Shown here: positions 37,879-46,568 of the stretch, one piece after another
Layout of the letters: each line of letters begins with the position of its first letter
How positions within the stretch are numbered: the first letter of the stretch is position 1
Origin: a virus
Lineage: Duplodnaviria > Caudoviricetes
Reading direction: 5' to 3' (one strand)
Virus record (IMG/VR): IMGVR_UViG_3300020577_011550
Location: 13,792 to 77,791 of that record
Length of the DNA stretch: 64,000 bases
Translations under genes and position numbers: made by a program
Notes under the pieces: generated by a model
What the model was told of the DNA's origin: nothing
What the model saw: only the letters and a program-made list of their open reading frames with translations
The model's database searches: none

Positions 37879-38298
37879 ATGACGAAGGCTAGCGCACAGA
37901 TGAAGCTCGAAATGCTCGTGGACTTTGCAATCAAGGCCACCACGCTGCGCGAGGTGGATTGGGTCGCTGCTCAGATGGCAGTTTATGGAGAGCGCGGCAT
38001 TGATGCTCTGGTCGCCGGGATCACCGATGCAACCGCGGGTACGCGCGCCGTGCTGCGCATGCTGTCGGTGCTCGGCTCAATGCACGTTGTTTCTACACCT
38101 AAGGTCGCCGCGGCGCTGGAACGACTGCTGCTCACGCGTCCGGAGGTACAGGTGCACAAGGCCGTGCTGCCCTCCATCATTTTGCACGGTCAGCAAGGGC
38201 GCGAAGATGCGGCGCTGGCGGTGCATTCGTTCAAGAATCGCAGCGAGGCGACCGCTGCGCTCGTCACGGAAGCCTATCGCATTCTGGAGAAGTGCTGA
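37879..38298 (+). CDS. helical HEAT-like hypothetical protein
   Basis: Amphipathic helical pattern; starts right after the nuclease stop. Confidence 0.5.
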   Translation: MTKASAQMKLEMLVDFAIKATTLREVDWVAAQMAVYGERGIDALVAGITDATAGTRAVLRMLSVLGSMHVVSTPKVAAALERLLLTRPEVQVHKAVLPSIILHGQQGREDAALAVHSFKNRSEATAALVTEAYRILEKC

Positions 38299-38789
38299 TG
38301 GTTACGATCAAGGCCACTGGTCAGCCCGGCGAACGGCTGCACGCCGAACCGTGCGGGTATCCCGAATATCTCTGCTCGTGTGAGCATCCGCCGCTCAATG
38401 ATGCTGGTATCGCAGCGCTTGATACCGAAGACTTTGACGTAGAAACGCTGAAAAGCACGATTAAAGCGCTGAAGCGTCGCCTTTCCGTATCCACGCCGAA
38501 GCGGCAGTTCAAACAAGTTTTGGAGCTTTATGCTCTGGGATATCTGGAAGAAGCCGAACTCGATCTGGGCGACTTTACCCTCACCGTGCAGCGACGCTCC
38601 AGCGACTGGATGGTTTACCTGAACGGTCAAAAAGGCGTATGGGGTTGCCACAACACGCTCGATGGCGCGATTGGGTACATGCTTCTCACCTATGTTGGCT
38701 GGTGCAATACCGTTCACGACGTGTCTCACCCCGAACTGCATGATCTTGCTCTGAGCATTCTCAAGAAACCGGAGACTGTCCAATCATGA
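38292..38789 (+). CDS. hypothetical protein
   Basis: Operon packing. Confidence 0.5.
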   Translation: MLMVTIKATGQPGERLHAEPCGYPEYLCSCEHPPLNDAGIAALDTEDFDVETLKSTIKALKRRLSVSTPKRQFKQVLELYALGYLEEAELDLGDFTLTVQRRSSDWMVYLNGQKGVWGCHNTLDGAIGYMLLTYVGWCNTVHDVSHPELHDLALSILKKPETVQS

Positions 38790-39199
38790 TCAAGATGTCT
38801 GTCGTTCACGTGTCCGGCCCGAAGATGACGCCGGAATATCGGTTCACGGTCGAGAATCAGCCCGGCGGTATGGCTGCGTTTCAGGACAAAATCACGGAAC
38901 GCACTGTGACCGAGATGGCCGAGTTGAACACACTGATCTCCGAAGGCTACGAGAAGTTCGACGCGCAGAAGTTCACGTTCAGCGACGGCGAGGCGATTAT
39001 CTACCTGCTGTACAAGCCGGATCCGACGAAATACGTTGTCGAAAGCCGCTGGCTGACAACCGACGAAAAGCCGGATTGGGAGCCTGCGCCCGACCCCTAT
39101 ATGTTTGATGACTCCAACGCTGCCTTCGAGCGCCAGCGCGATCTCAGCACGATTTCGCGTGACTACCAGTTTCGCGTGCGGTCGGTGAATCATGCCTAA
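38786..39199 (+). CDS. hypothetical protein
   Basis: ATGA overlap. Confidence 0.55.
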   Translation: MIKMSVVHVSGPKMTPEYRFTVENQPGGMAAFQDKITERTVTEMAELNTLISEGYEKFDAQKFTFSDGEAIIYLLYKPDPTKYVVESRWLTTDEKPDWEPAPDPYMFDDSNAAFERQRDLSTISRDYQFRVRSVNHA

Positions 39200-39893
39200 G
39201 ATTCGCGAGCTAGCGATCATCACCGCCCGCCTATTCCAACCGGGTGCTCCCTGTGTGCGGAAGCATCTGCTCCAGATCGAAACAGATCTATGGTGCTTTG
39301 GAAACCGCGACGCCCAGTCGGTCTGGGATGTGGTGGAAGATGAGCACGCCCCTGCGTCGCATTTTGACGACCGGGCTATCCATATCAGCATCGCCGCTGC
39401 GCCCAGTCCCGCCCCGCGTTCGAACGGTATGACCTATCTGGACTCTCTGCTGTTTGAGCGCAATCCGGATGAAGCCATTGCCCCTAGCAGCACGGTAGCG
39501 CTTGCCTATGTCGCCAAGCGGCGGTTGTTGGACGTTGAGGGTAACGAGGTCCGCTTCTACGGGCTGTTCGAGCTGGAACTCCCCGATGTGGAAGATCGGC
39601 TGTTGGATGCCAGCCAGATCCGCGCGATTTTCCTCGGCGAGCTGGACTTCAACCGCTCACTTAAATCGCTGACGTTCACCGTCACGACCGCCGAACAGGA
39701 AGGGGTGATCCTTGCCGCCATGCGTAATTATCGCGTATCGATGCGTGCACTCCGGATCGCCGATGCAACCAACATTCCAGTTGATAACCTACCGCTGTTG
39801 GCATTGGAGAACGCGGGATTGATCAGCGCAGACTGCTCAGGCCCGGTCATTCTCTACTCACTCACCGATCGCGCCAAGAAAGGCCTGCTGTGA
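39192..39893 (+). CDS. hypothetical protein with C-terminal wHTH; paralog of the next gene
   Basis: RELAIITARLFQPG...RRLLD...LENAGLI. Confidence 0.6.
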   Translation: MPKIRELAIITARLFQPGAPCVRKHLLQIETDLWCFGNRDAQSVWDVVEDEHAPASHFDDRAIHISIAAAPSPAPRSNGMTYLDSLLFERNPDEAIAPSSTVALAYVAKRRLLDVEGNEVRFYGLFELELPDVEDRLLDASQIRAIFLGELDFNRSLKSLTFTVTTAEQEGVILAAMRNYRVSMRALRIADATNIPVDNLPLLALENAGLISADCSGPVILYSLTDRAKKGLL

Positions 39894-40579
39894 ATCTTTA
39901 CCGTGAATTGGTACTTGTCACCGCGCGCATCTTCGAACCCGGCCAGCAGCTTTCCTGCGTTGAATTGGTTGCGCTGGACACCAAGTTCTGGTTGCTGAGC
40001 GAGGGGCAGGATTTGTGGGATGTGATCGAACAGGTGCAAGGAACGAACGATTACACATTCCTGCGCCGCGCGATTCATCTCACCGTTGAACCGCTGCCCA
40101 ACCCGGTGTTCCCGTATCCGGACTGGAAGTCCTACGTGCACATGCTGTTGAGCGAGGCGACGACCTGCACCGAGCAGCAGTTCTTCGAAGTCGATACCTC
40201 TCAATGGAACGATGTCATCGAGCGCCGGTTGCTGGATAGCCGCGCTCGCATCATCCAGTTCTACGCGGTCTACCGCGTCGACGAAACGGTGCAGCGCGAC
40301 GATGAAGACTGCAAGGACACTCGGCTGATCATCGAGTACGAAGGTGAGCTTGATCTCACCATCCCACCGCTTACGACCTCCGCGCTTGAAATCCAGATTT
40401 TGCGGGTGGTTAACGCATTCAGCCATTCGCCGTTTACCGCGGGCGAAATCGATCGCGCATTGGTCACGCGTCCCGGAATGGCGCTGCATAGTGCCCTGAC
40501 GAAGCTCTCGGAACAGGGGTTGCTGAAACATCTCGGCGGGTTTGGCTATGAGACGAAATTTGAGAAGGGGGCACAGTGA
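39890..40579 (+). CDS. hypothetical protein with C-terminal wHTH; paralog of the previous gene
   Basis: RELVLVTARIFEPG...RRLLD...LSEQGLL. Confidence 0.6.
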   Translation: MNLYRELVLVTARIFEPGQQLSCVELVALDTKFWLLSEGQDLWDVIEQVQGTNDYTFLRRAIHLTVEPLPNPVFPYPDWKSYVHMLLSEATTCTEQQFFEVDTSQWNDVIERRLLDSRARIIQFYAVYRVDETVQRDDEDCKDTRLIIEYEGELDLTIPPLTTSALEIQILRVVNAFSHSPFTAGEIDRALVTRPGMALHSALTKLSEQGLLKHLGGFGYETKFEKGAQ

Positions 40580-40848
40580 GACGCAATCAACACACGACCA
40601 ATATGAAACGCCAGATGCAGGGCGACCCGCCGCACACGCGCTGGTCATTGAGCGAAACGCACAAGGAGTGGCAGAAGGCTGTCGCGTCCGGGAATATCGA
40701 ACAAGCGCAGCTGCTTTGGAATGCGGGAATTTCCTACGCGCCGCAGGTCAAGCCGATGTCGCGCAAGGCCTATAACCGTGCTGCCCGGCAGCGGCAGGCG
40801 GCTTCGCTGCCGCAGTTGATCACGGCGAAGGCGCGAGCTCTTCGGTGA
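40576..40848 (+). CDS. hypothetical protein
   Basis: GTGA overlaps. Confidence 0.5.
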   Translation: MRRNQHTTNMKRQMQGDPPHTRWSLSETHKEWQKAVASGNIEQAQLLWNAGISYAPQVKPMSRKAYNRAARQRQAASLPQLITAKARALR

Positions 40849-41042
40849 GAAAATACCCGCGTTGGCGACCGCGACATCGTCGTATTCGGCGGCGTTATCT
40901 GGTTGTCGATTATCCAGCAAATCGGCTGTACACGGTCAAAGGCATGGTGGTACAGGACACCCCCATGCCCGAAACCGAAGAAGCACTACAGGATCGGATC
41001 AAAGAAGAGGCTAATTTCTTGATCCGTGAACTTCGTTTATGA
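40845..41042 (+). CDS. small basic hypothetical protein
   Basis: Arg-rich N-terminus. Confidence 0.45.
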   Translation: MRKYPRWRPRHRRIRRRYLVVDYPANRLYTVKGMVVQDTPMPETEEALQDRIKEEANFLIRELRL

Positions 41043-41069
41043 TATATTTCAAGTGAGGCACACACACAC

Positions 41070-41780
41070 ATGAAGCAGCAACAGGTACTTGAGGCACTCC
41101 AAAAGGTGGTGGACGCTCAATCGATCCACCCGAATACCGCAAGATCGCTGATCAGCCAGAATCTGATCATCGCGACCGAGACGGGCTACCTACTGACGGA
41201 AGATGGTCGTATCCTGCTCGGCGAACAGCTGGTCATTCAGCAATCGACGCGCGTGAAAGACGGTCTGCTCTGGCACACGATCGGCACGCCGTTCACGACG
41301 CGCGCCGAAGCCGAAGACGCAGCCCGGCTGCGTTCAGTGGCGGACGAAGTTGACTATCGCGTAGTGCTGGCTGACGGCATTGAACCCCAAACCTTCATCG
41401 TGTATTCCTACGGCATCCGCTATTTGCAAGACGTGAACGAACTGCGCACGCGTGAGACGACCATCGTTCGCCCCGAAGGCGACGAAGGCGATCCGCTGCA
41501 TATTTTCGCGGTCGAGCGGAATCAGGGGACAGGCTGGCAGCGCTACGGCACGCAGCTGTACACCTCGCAGGTGGATGCTGAAGGTGCGGCTTCGTCCGCA
41601 TCGCAGACCAAAACGGGCGATTACCGGATCGTCCTCGACGAAAGCCCGCTGCTGCTACCGGTGATGTGGCGCGGCGGGCGACGCATGCCGGATGTTCATT
41701 TGCTGCGGCAAATGGGCACGATTGCCGGCGGCGGGACTGAGCATATTGAGACTCTTGTCCAGATCTGGACAGGGGACTAA
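41070..41780 (+). CDS. hypothetical protein with an internal repeated module
   Basis: SD GTGAGG; GTPFTTRAEAEDAAR..DYRVVL echoed by QLYTSQVDAEGAA..DYRIVL. Confidence 0.6.
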   Translation: MKQQQVLEALQKVVDAQSIHPNTARSLISQNLIIATETGYLLTEDGRILLGEQLVIQQSTRVKDGLLWHTIGTPFTTRAEAEDAARLRSVADEVDYRVVLADGIEPQTFIVYSYGIRYLQDVNELRTRETTIVRPEGDEGDPLHIFAVERNQGTGWQRYGTQLYTSQVDAEGAASSASQTKTGDYRIVLDESPLLLPVMWRGGRRMPDVHLLRQMGTIAGGGTEHIETLVQIWTGD

Positions 41781-41799
41781 CTAACCAGAGAGAGAGACG

Positions 41800-42306
41800 A
41801 TGGCAAGCATCCTGATGCTATACAATCAAGAAATCGCCGCATTGCTATTGGGCGTGGGGCGTAAGTTGGAAATCGTGCGGTCTGCTTTAGAAGAAGAAAT
41901 GCTGAGATCGGACGCGCTTCCGCTCTTTCCCTTGCCATCTCTCGTAACTGCTGACGGGAAATCCGTCGTTCAGGTATCGACAATTGTCGAGTCCAGCCTC
42001 GTCGCTATGTCGCGCGACATCAACCGTGCTGAGAAGGCAGAGACGATTTTGGAAGTGCCTGACTTAGCCGAGTATGTCATCCAATACGTGCGCCTGCGCC
42101 AGATCAAGGGTGAGGGCACGGTTCGACACAGCAACGAGATGATGATCAGCTTATCGGAAGCGGGCCTCGATGCTGTCAAGAAGATCGAGGCTTTTCTCAA
42201 GCCCCAGGTTGACGCCAAGCTGCTATACCCCGCGCCGAAGCGTGAACTCAACCGGAAGCTGATCTTCGTGATCGCGCTCTACTACGCAAACAAGCCCGCC
42301 GCTTAA
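41800..42306 (+). CDS. hypothetical protein
   Basis: 168 aa; ends in a terminator. Confidence 0.5.
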   Translation: MASILMLYNQEIAALLLGVGRKLEIVRSALEEEMLRSDALPLFPLPSLVTADGKSVVQVSTIVESSLVAMSRDINRAEKAETILEVPDLAEYVIQYVRLRQIKGEGTVRHSNEMMISLSEAGLDAVKKIEAFLKPQVDAKLLYPAPKRELNRKLIFVIALYYANKPAA

Positions 42307-42316
42307 GGCGGGCTTT
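42292..42316 (+). terminator. intrinsic terminator
   Basis: AAGCCCGCC-gcttaa-GGCGGGCTTT. Confidence 0.7.
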
Positions 42317-42328
42317 CCCCTCAATTTT

Positions 42329-42357
42329 TCGCAATACCATACGCCTTATGGTATAAT
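42329..42357 (+). promoter_or_regulatory. promoter with embedded palindromic operator (copy 4)
   Basis: TCGCAA-N17-TATAAT containing ATACCATA-cgcct-TATGGTAT. Confidence 0.8.
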
Positions 42358-42386
42358 AACTCTCATCATCAAAGGATGAGGGTTAG

Positions 42387-42668
42387 ATGATTCACACACC
42401 ATCACTCACCAAGGTTCTATCCGGATTGGATGTGCGCGCCCTGCGTGCCGTCCAATCGCTTGCGCAGGAGCAGATCACCGCGCGGGAACGGATGCAGGCG
42501 CAGTTATTGAGGATGACTGCGGATTATGATTCAATTGGGCCGCTGTGGACGGCGACCACCTATGGTCTGGGCTACGTTGAGAAACCGGGTTACATGGTGC
42601 TCGACGGCCCATTTACCAGTCGTGTAAGTGCTGAGCAGGTCTTAAAGGAGGTCGTTACCCATGTTTGA
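42387..42668 (+). CDS. hypothetical protein (first gene of operon)
   Basis: SD AAAGGATGAGG. Confidence 0.6.
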   Translation: MIHTPSLTKVLSGLDVRALRAVQSLAQEQITARERMQAQLLRMTADYDSIGPLWTATTYGLGYVEKPGYMVLDGPFTSRVSAEQVLKEVVTHV

Positions 42669-44070
42669 CAAGAACTTTTTCCCCACTCCAGATCCAGTCA
42701 TTGACCGGATGATCAGCCCCATTTTGCGCGAATACGGCGGTCTACGCTATGTGCCAAACTTTCAGATTCTTGAGCCGTCGGCGGGCAAGGGCAACATCAT
42801 CGACCGATTGGTGCACACGTATGGCGCGAAACCTGAACAAATCTTCTGCATCGAAAAGAATGACGAGCTGCGGATGATCCTTGCAGGAAAGGGTTATCGC
42901 GTCATCGACTCGGATTTTCTGACCTATGCAGATCGCTATGCCTTCGACCTGATCATCATGAACCCGCCCTTTGATGACGGCGCATCGCACTTGCTTAAGG
43001 CATGGGAAGTCCTGCGCAACGGGCGGATTGTATGCCTCCTGAATGCCGAGACGGTGCGCAATCCGCACACCAAAGAGCGGCAGGTCTTGAAGACGCTCAT
43101 CGACGCCTTCGGCGAAGTGGAGGACATCGGGCAGGCGTTCAAACAGGCCGAACGCACGACCGATGTGGAAGTTGTCATCGTCCGCCTGTGCAAAGAGACG
43201 CGGGACGAGCTGCCGGGCTTCGAGGGCATGGAATTCGACGGCAAGGTGAACGAAGCGGAATTTACGGCCAACCCGCTCGCGCACCCGAACATCATTCAAT
43301 CGCTGGTGGAACAGTACAACCAAGCCGCCCGGTTGACACAGGAAATCCACGCGCTCAGCAGCCAGTACCGCTTTTACACGCGCGGCATCATCGACACCGC
43401 ACTGGAAGACAAGAAGGCCGCGCCGTCACTCAATACCGCGCTCACCGAACTTAAGGCGCAGTTCTGGAAGTATATCTTCCAGAAAACCAAGATCGGGCAG
43501 GCGACGACCAGCCAGTTCCGCCAAAAGTTTGAGACGTTCGCCGCGCAGACCGCGCAGCTCGCCTTCTCTGAGGCGAATATCATGAGCGTGCTCGGCCTAT
43601 TCTTTCAGAACCACGATCAGATCATCAAAGAATGCATCTTGGACGTGTTCAATAAGGCGACCGCCTACCACGCAAAGAACCAAGTCCACACCGAAGGCTG
43701 GAAGACGAACAAGTCGTGGAAATTGAATAAGCGGATCATCATGCCGAATGGTGTGGTGTATGAACCGCGCTGGGATGGGTGGAGTTGCTATAACCGCCGA
43801 GACTTTTTCCTTGACATTGACAAGGCGCTCTGCTTCATCGCCGGGAAAAAGTTTGATGAGATTCGCGGGCTGTACACCGCGATTGATGATCACTTGCGGA
43901 ACATTGGGCGAAATGGCATCGCCTATGACGAGGTGTTTGAGAGCGAGTTCTTCCGCGTGCGCGTGTTCAAGAAAGGCACGGTGCACCTCGACTTCAAAGA
44001 CCTTGATTTGCTGGCGCGGTTCAACATCGCCGCGGCGGAAGGTAAGGGTTGGCTTGGGGCGGGGTACTGA
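42661..44070 (+). CDS. class I SAM-dependent N6-adenine DNA methyltransferase with DUF4942 C-terminus
   Basis: ILEPSAGKGNI, DFL, IIMNPPF, C-terminal FKKGTVHL. Confidence 0.85.
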   Translation: MFDKNFFPTPDPVIDRMISPILREYGGLRYVPNFQILEPSAGKGNIIDRLVHTYGAKPEQIFCIEKNDELRMILAGKGYRVIDSDFLTYADRYAFDLIIMNPPFDDGASHLLKAWEVLRNGRIVCLLNAETVRNPHTKERQVLKTLIDAFGEVEDIGQAFKQAERTTDVEVVIVRLCKETRDELPGFEGMEFDGKVNEAEFTANPLAHPNIIQSLVEQYNQAARLTQEIHALSSQYRFYTRGIIDTALEDKKAAPSLNTALTELKAQFWKYIFQKTKIGQATTSQFRQKFETFAAQTAQLAFSEANIMSVLGLFFQNHDQIIKECILDVFNKATAYHAKNQVHTEGWKTNKSWKLNKRIIMPNGVVYEPRWDGWSCYNRRDFFLDIDKALCFIAGKKFDEIRGLYTAIDDHLRNIGRNGIAYDEVFESEFFRVRVFKKGTVHLDFKDLDLLARFNIAAAEGKGWLGAGY

Positions 44071-44708
44071 TGAGCGACTTCATAAAGCGTCACTGGAACG
44101 ACGTGCAGCGGATCGCGTTCGTGCGACTGCTCAGCCCGTGTATCACGGTCTACGGTTTCCAGATCCCGGCGGAATGGATGCAGCGCGAGTATGGGGTGAA
44201 CATCCGCCTGTTCTCCGAAGTCTCCGCCTTCAAGCCGGATGGTTCGCTCGCTCGCGCGGGCGAGGCCTTCCATACAGTGGTGCAGTTCCACAGTCCGGAG
44301 GGGATCGCCGAGCGGCGCGTATTCGCCGGGTGGCGCACAACGTGGACACAGGCGATGGTCGATTACGAGGTGTTCGCCGTGACCGAGCGCCAGCGCCAAT
44401 TGTTGGCTGCCAAGCGCATCGACGAGGAACGGCGACGCAAAGCAGCGGAGGCCGACGCCGAGCGCAAGCGCGTGCGTCAGCAGATGGCAGGGTACTACTT
44501 TCAGCAGCACGGCCAGCGCGTGGACAGCTTCAAGGTTGGGCAGAAGGTAGCCACACTGGACGATGGGAAGGTGTGGCAGGTCGTCAAGAAGCACGCTTTA
44601 CAGGTGGAACTGGGGTGGCTGGCAGCCGTGCGTTTTGTGCCACGGGATACGGTGGTCATCAAGGGCTCGAAAGAAGGTTTGCGGTTGTTTCGTGAAGCAG
44701 TAAAGTAA
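44070..44708 (+). CDS. hypothetical protein with SH3-like C-terminus
   Basis: TGATG overlap; FKVGQKVAT. Confidence 0.55.
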   Translation: MSDFIKRHWNDVQRIAFVRLLSPCITVYGFQIPAEWMQREYGVNIRLFSEVSAFKPDGSLARAGEAFHTVVQFHSPEGIAERRVFAGWRTTWTQAMVDYEVFAVTERQRQLLAAKRIDEERRRKAAEADAERKRVRQQMAGYYFQQHGQRVDSFKVGQKVATLDDGKVWQVVKKHALQVELGWLAAVRFVPRDTVVIKGSKEGLRLFREAVK

Positions 44709-44713
44709 ACGTA

Positions 44714-44983
44714 TTGAAGAGGGACGCGATAGACCGCGTCCCTTCGGGAGAGATGATGAGCGCGGTTGATTCGAAAGATGTTGTTTTGGCCAGCGGCGAA
44801 TGGAACGAAAGCACGCTGCCTCAAGTGGTCGCCGCTGGACGCTTGTATATTCTCAATGGGCGTGGCGAATTCGAACAGGTGATTTTCGCGCAATACTGGC
44901 GTGACGGAGCGCTGCGTAATGTTTCGCCAGACGGACGCGAGATCGATGAAGATGGGAACGTGACTCGACAGTTTTCATCCTGA
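44714..44983 (+). CDS. hypothetical protein (start uncertain)
   Basis: Short ORF before a terminator. Confidence 0.4.
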   Translation: MKRDAIDRVPSGEMMSAVDSKDVVLASGEWNESTLPQVVAAGRLYILNGRGEFEQVIFAQYWRDGALRNVSPDGREIDEDGNVTRQFSS

Positions 44984-45009
44984 CCGATTGATGTCCGTTT
45001 CGTGACCGC

Positions 45010-45036
45010 AAGGCCGAGACTACCCTCGGCCTTTTT
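45010..45036 (+). terminator. intrinsic terminator
   Basis: AAGGCCGAG-actacc-CTCGGCCTTTTT. Confidence 0.8.
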
Positions 45037-45074
45037 CGTCCGCCAAGTTATCAGACTCTAACACGCCTCGTCTT

Positions 45075-45086
45075 GTACAAACGTTC
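45075..45086. promoter_or_regulatory. possible LexA (SOS)-type box
   Basis: GTAC-AAAC-GTTC upstream of the LexA-like gene; one mismatch from GAAC-N4-GTTC. Confidence 0.35.
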
Positions 45087-45122
45087 TAATCGCGTAGAGT
45101 AGGATACGAGGAGGCGTTTACG

Positions 45123-45575
45123 ATGCAAATCTACGAATACCTATGCCAGTGCTTTGATGATCATATCGACCCCACACAGAACAGTGTCGCTCACCATTTT
45201 GGCCTCACCCTGTCTGAATTGAAACAGCATCTAATACCCCTTTGGCGCGAAGAGCTGCTCTATCCCGATTCGCTCATCCCTAAAGAGCGTGTAGTCATTG
45301 GCGCTACCCAGCGCGATGGAAAACAGCGGACGAAGCGAATCACAAAGGTTACGCCGCGGCGCATCGCCAGAGAACAGGCAATCCTATCCTTTATCGACAC
45401 GTACATCAGCGAGCGGCACATTTCGCCCACGCTGGATCAGATCGCCGCGGCGGTTGGTCTGCGCGCGAAATCGAATGTCAAAGCATATCTTGATCGGCTG
45501 GTCGAGAGCGGAAAACTGAATCGCGAGGGGAGGGCGGTATGGTTACCGAAAGCGAGTCAGGAAATCAGCTTCTGA
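45123..45575 (+). CDS. LexA-type winged-helix DNA-binding protein (no peptidase domain)
   Basis: REQAILSFI...SPTLDQIAAAVGLRAKSNVKAYLDRLVESGKL. Confidence 0.75.
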   Translation: MQIYEYLCQCFDDHIDPTQNSVAHHFGLTLSELKQHLIPLWREELLYPDSLIPKERVVIGATQRDGKQRTKRITKVTPRRIAREQAILSFIDTYISERHISPTLDQIAAAVGLRAKSNVKAYLDRLVESGKLNREGRAVWLPKASQEISF

Positions 45576-45986
45576 AAGCCGCCCGGCGCGAAAGGCTTGG
45601 AGATCGCTGTAGGGCAAGCTCATTCGTTTTGCGACTGACCCGTTACGCATAAAAACGACGGCCACTGTATCAATCGGAAATGCGTTCGAGTTTGGGATTC
45701 TGCGCAGGATGGGCAGAGCTTCCAGCCGCCGAGCATCATCATTCGCGGCAAGGCTCGTGACTGTCAGGGTGAGCAGTTTGCTTTCGACGGTGTAAGTGAC
45801 CTCGACCGCGGATGTGGCCGCGCGCACACGTTCTTCGTACTGCTGACGCGTGGTCAACAATTCGCTCAATGTGGGCAGCGCGACCAACGTAACAACGAAC
45901 AGCAATAGCCCAACAGTCAACAAGCGGCGGGGTCTCATGGCGTCACTCCAGTTTTGGCGGCACAGTATAACTATGCCGCCAGTCAA
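45543..45986 (-). CDS. membrane-anchored or secreted small protein
   Basis: RRLLTVGLLLFVVTLVAL hydrophobic N-terminus (start may be 45938). Confidence 0.5.
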   Translation of the reverse strand: MTGGIVILCRQNWSDAMRPRRLLTVGLLLFVVTLVALPTLSELLTTRQQYEERVRAATSAVEVTYTVESKLLTLTVTSLAANDDARRLEALPILRRIPNSNAFPIDTVAVVFMRNGSVAKRMSLPYSDLQAFRAGRLSEADFLTRFR

Positions 45987-45989
45987 CTG

Positions 45990-46526
45990 CTAGTTCCGGC
46001 GCGGAAAAGCATCCCGCTGCGCGCCAGCCACCGCGATCTTCCCCTTCGCCGCCTGATAAGTCGCATGGGCAGCGCCGAGAGTTGCGAGTAGGCCAGTGAA
46101 TAACGGAAGTAAATTGTCTTGCCACACTCCGGCAAACCTTGTCACGAAGTCAAAGGCAGACGTGAAGTAGACTTGGTATCCGAGCGTCGTCGAGACCGTG
46201 TAGACAATCCAGATCACCGCAGCGGTCGCTAATGACAGCTGCTGCGCGGTAAATCGCCTGAGGGCGTTGATCTGCTTGAGGTAGCCGACGATGAACACGG
46301 TAAGCGGGGCAGCCACTAGCCCTTGCAAGATCGTGACCACGGAACCAGTTAACAGGTTCGCCGCCGTATCGAGATCGGTGATCGGCACATCGTCAACGAC
46401 GGGCACATCATCCACGGGAGTTTCTTCCACCGGGGCAGGGGTAGCCGTCGCTTCCTGCGCCAGCACCGGTACAGACGCCACGAGCAGCAGCGCCACAAGG
46501 ATCAGAAACAGACACATGCGAAGCAT
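45990..46526 (-). CDS. holin-like multi-TM membrane protein
   Basis: Signal peptide, acidic linker and about three TM segments; directly downstream of the lysin. Confidence 0.55.
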   Translation of the reverse strand: MLRMCLFLILVALLLVASVPVLAQEATATPAPVEETPVDDVPVVDDVPITDLDTAANLLTGSVVTILQGLVAAPLTVFIVGYLKQINALRRFTAQQLSLATAAVIWIVYTVSTTLGYQVYFTSAFDFVTRFAGVWQDNLLPLFTGLLATLGAAHATYQAAKGKIAVAGAQRDAFPRRN

Positions 46527-46568
46527 TTGGTACTCTCCTCTAACTATGCGTAGACATGATACGAGGCG

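Noticed and set aside
9417-44594. Long antisense ORFs in the track (e.g. 9417..10379, 23815..25020, 35317..36222)
   Set aside because: They mirror real GC-rich genes on the opposite strand and have no motifs or SD sites.
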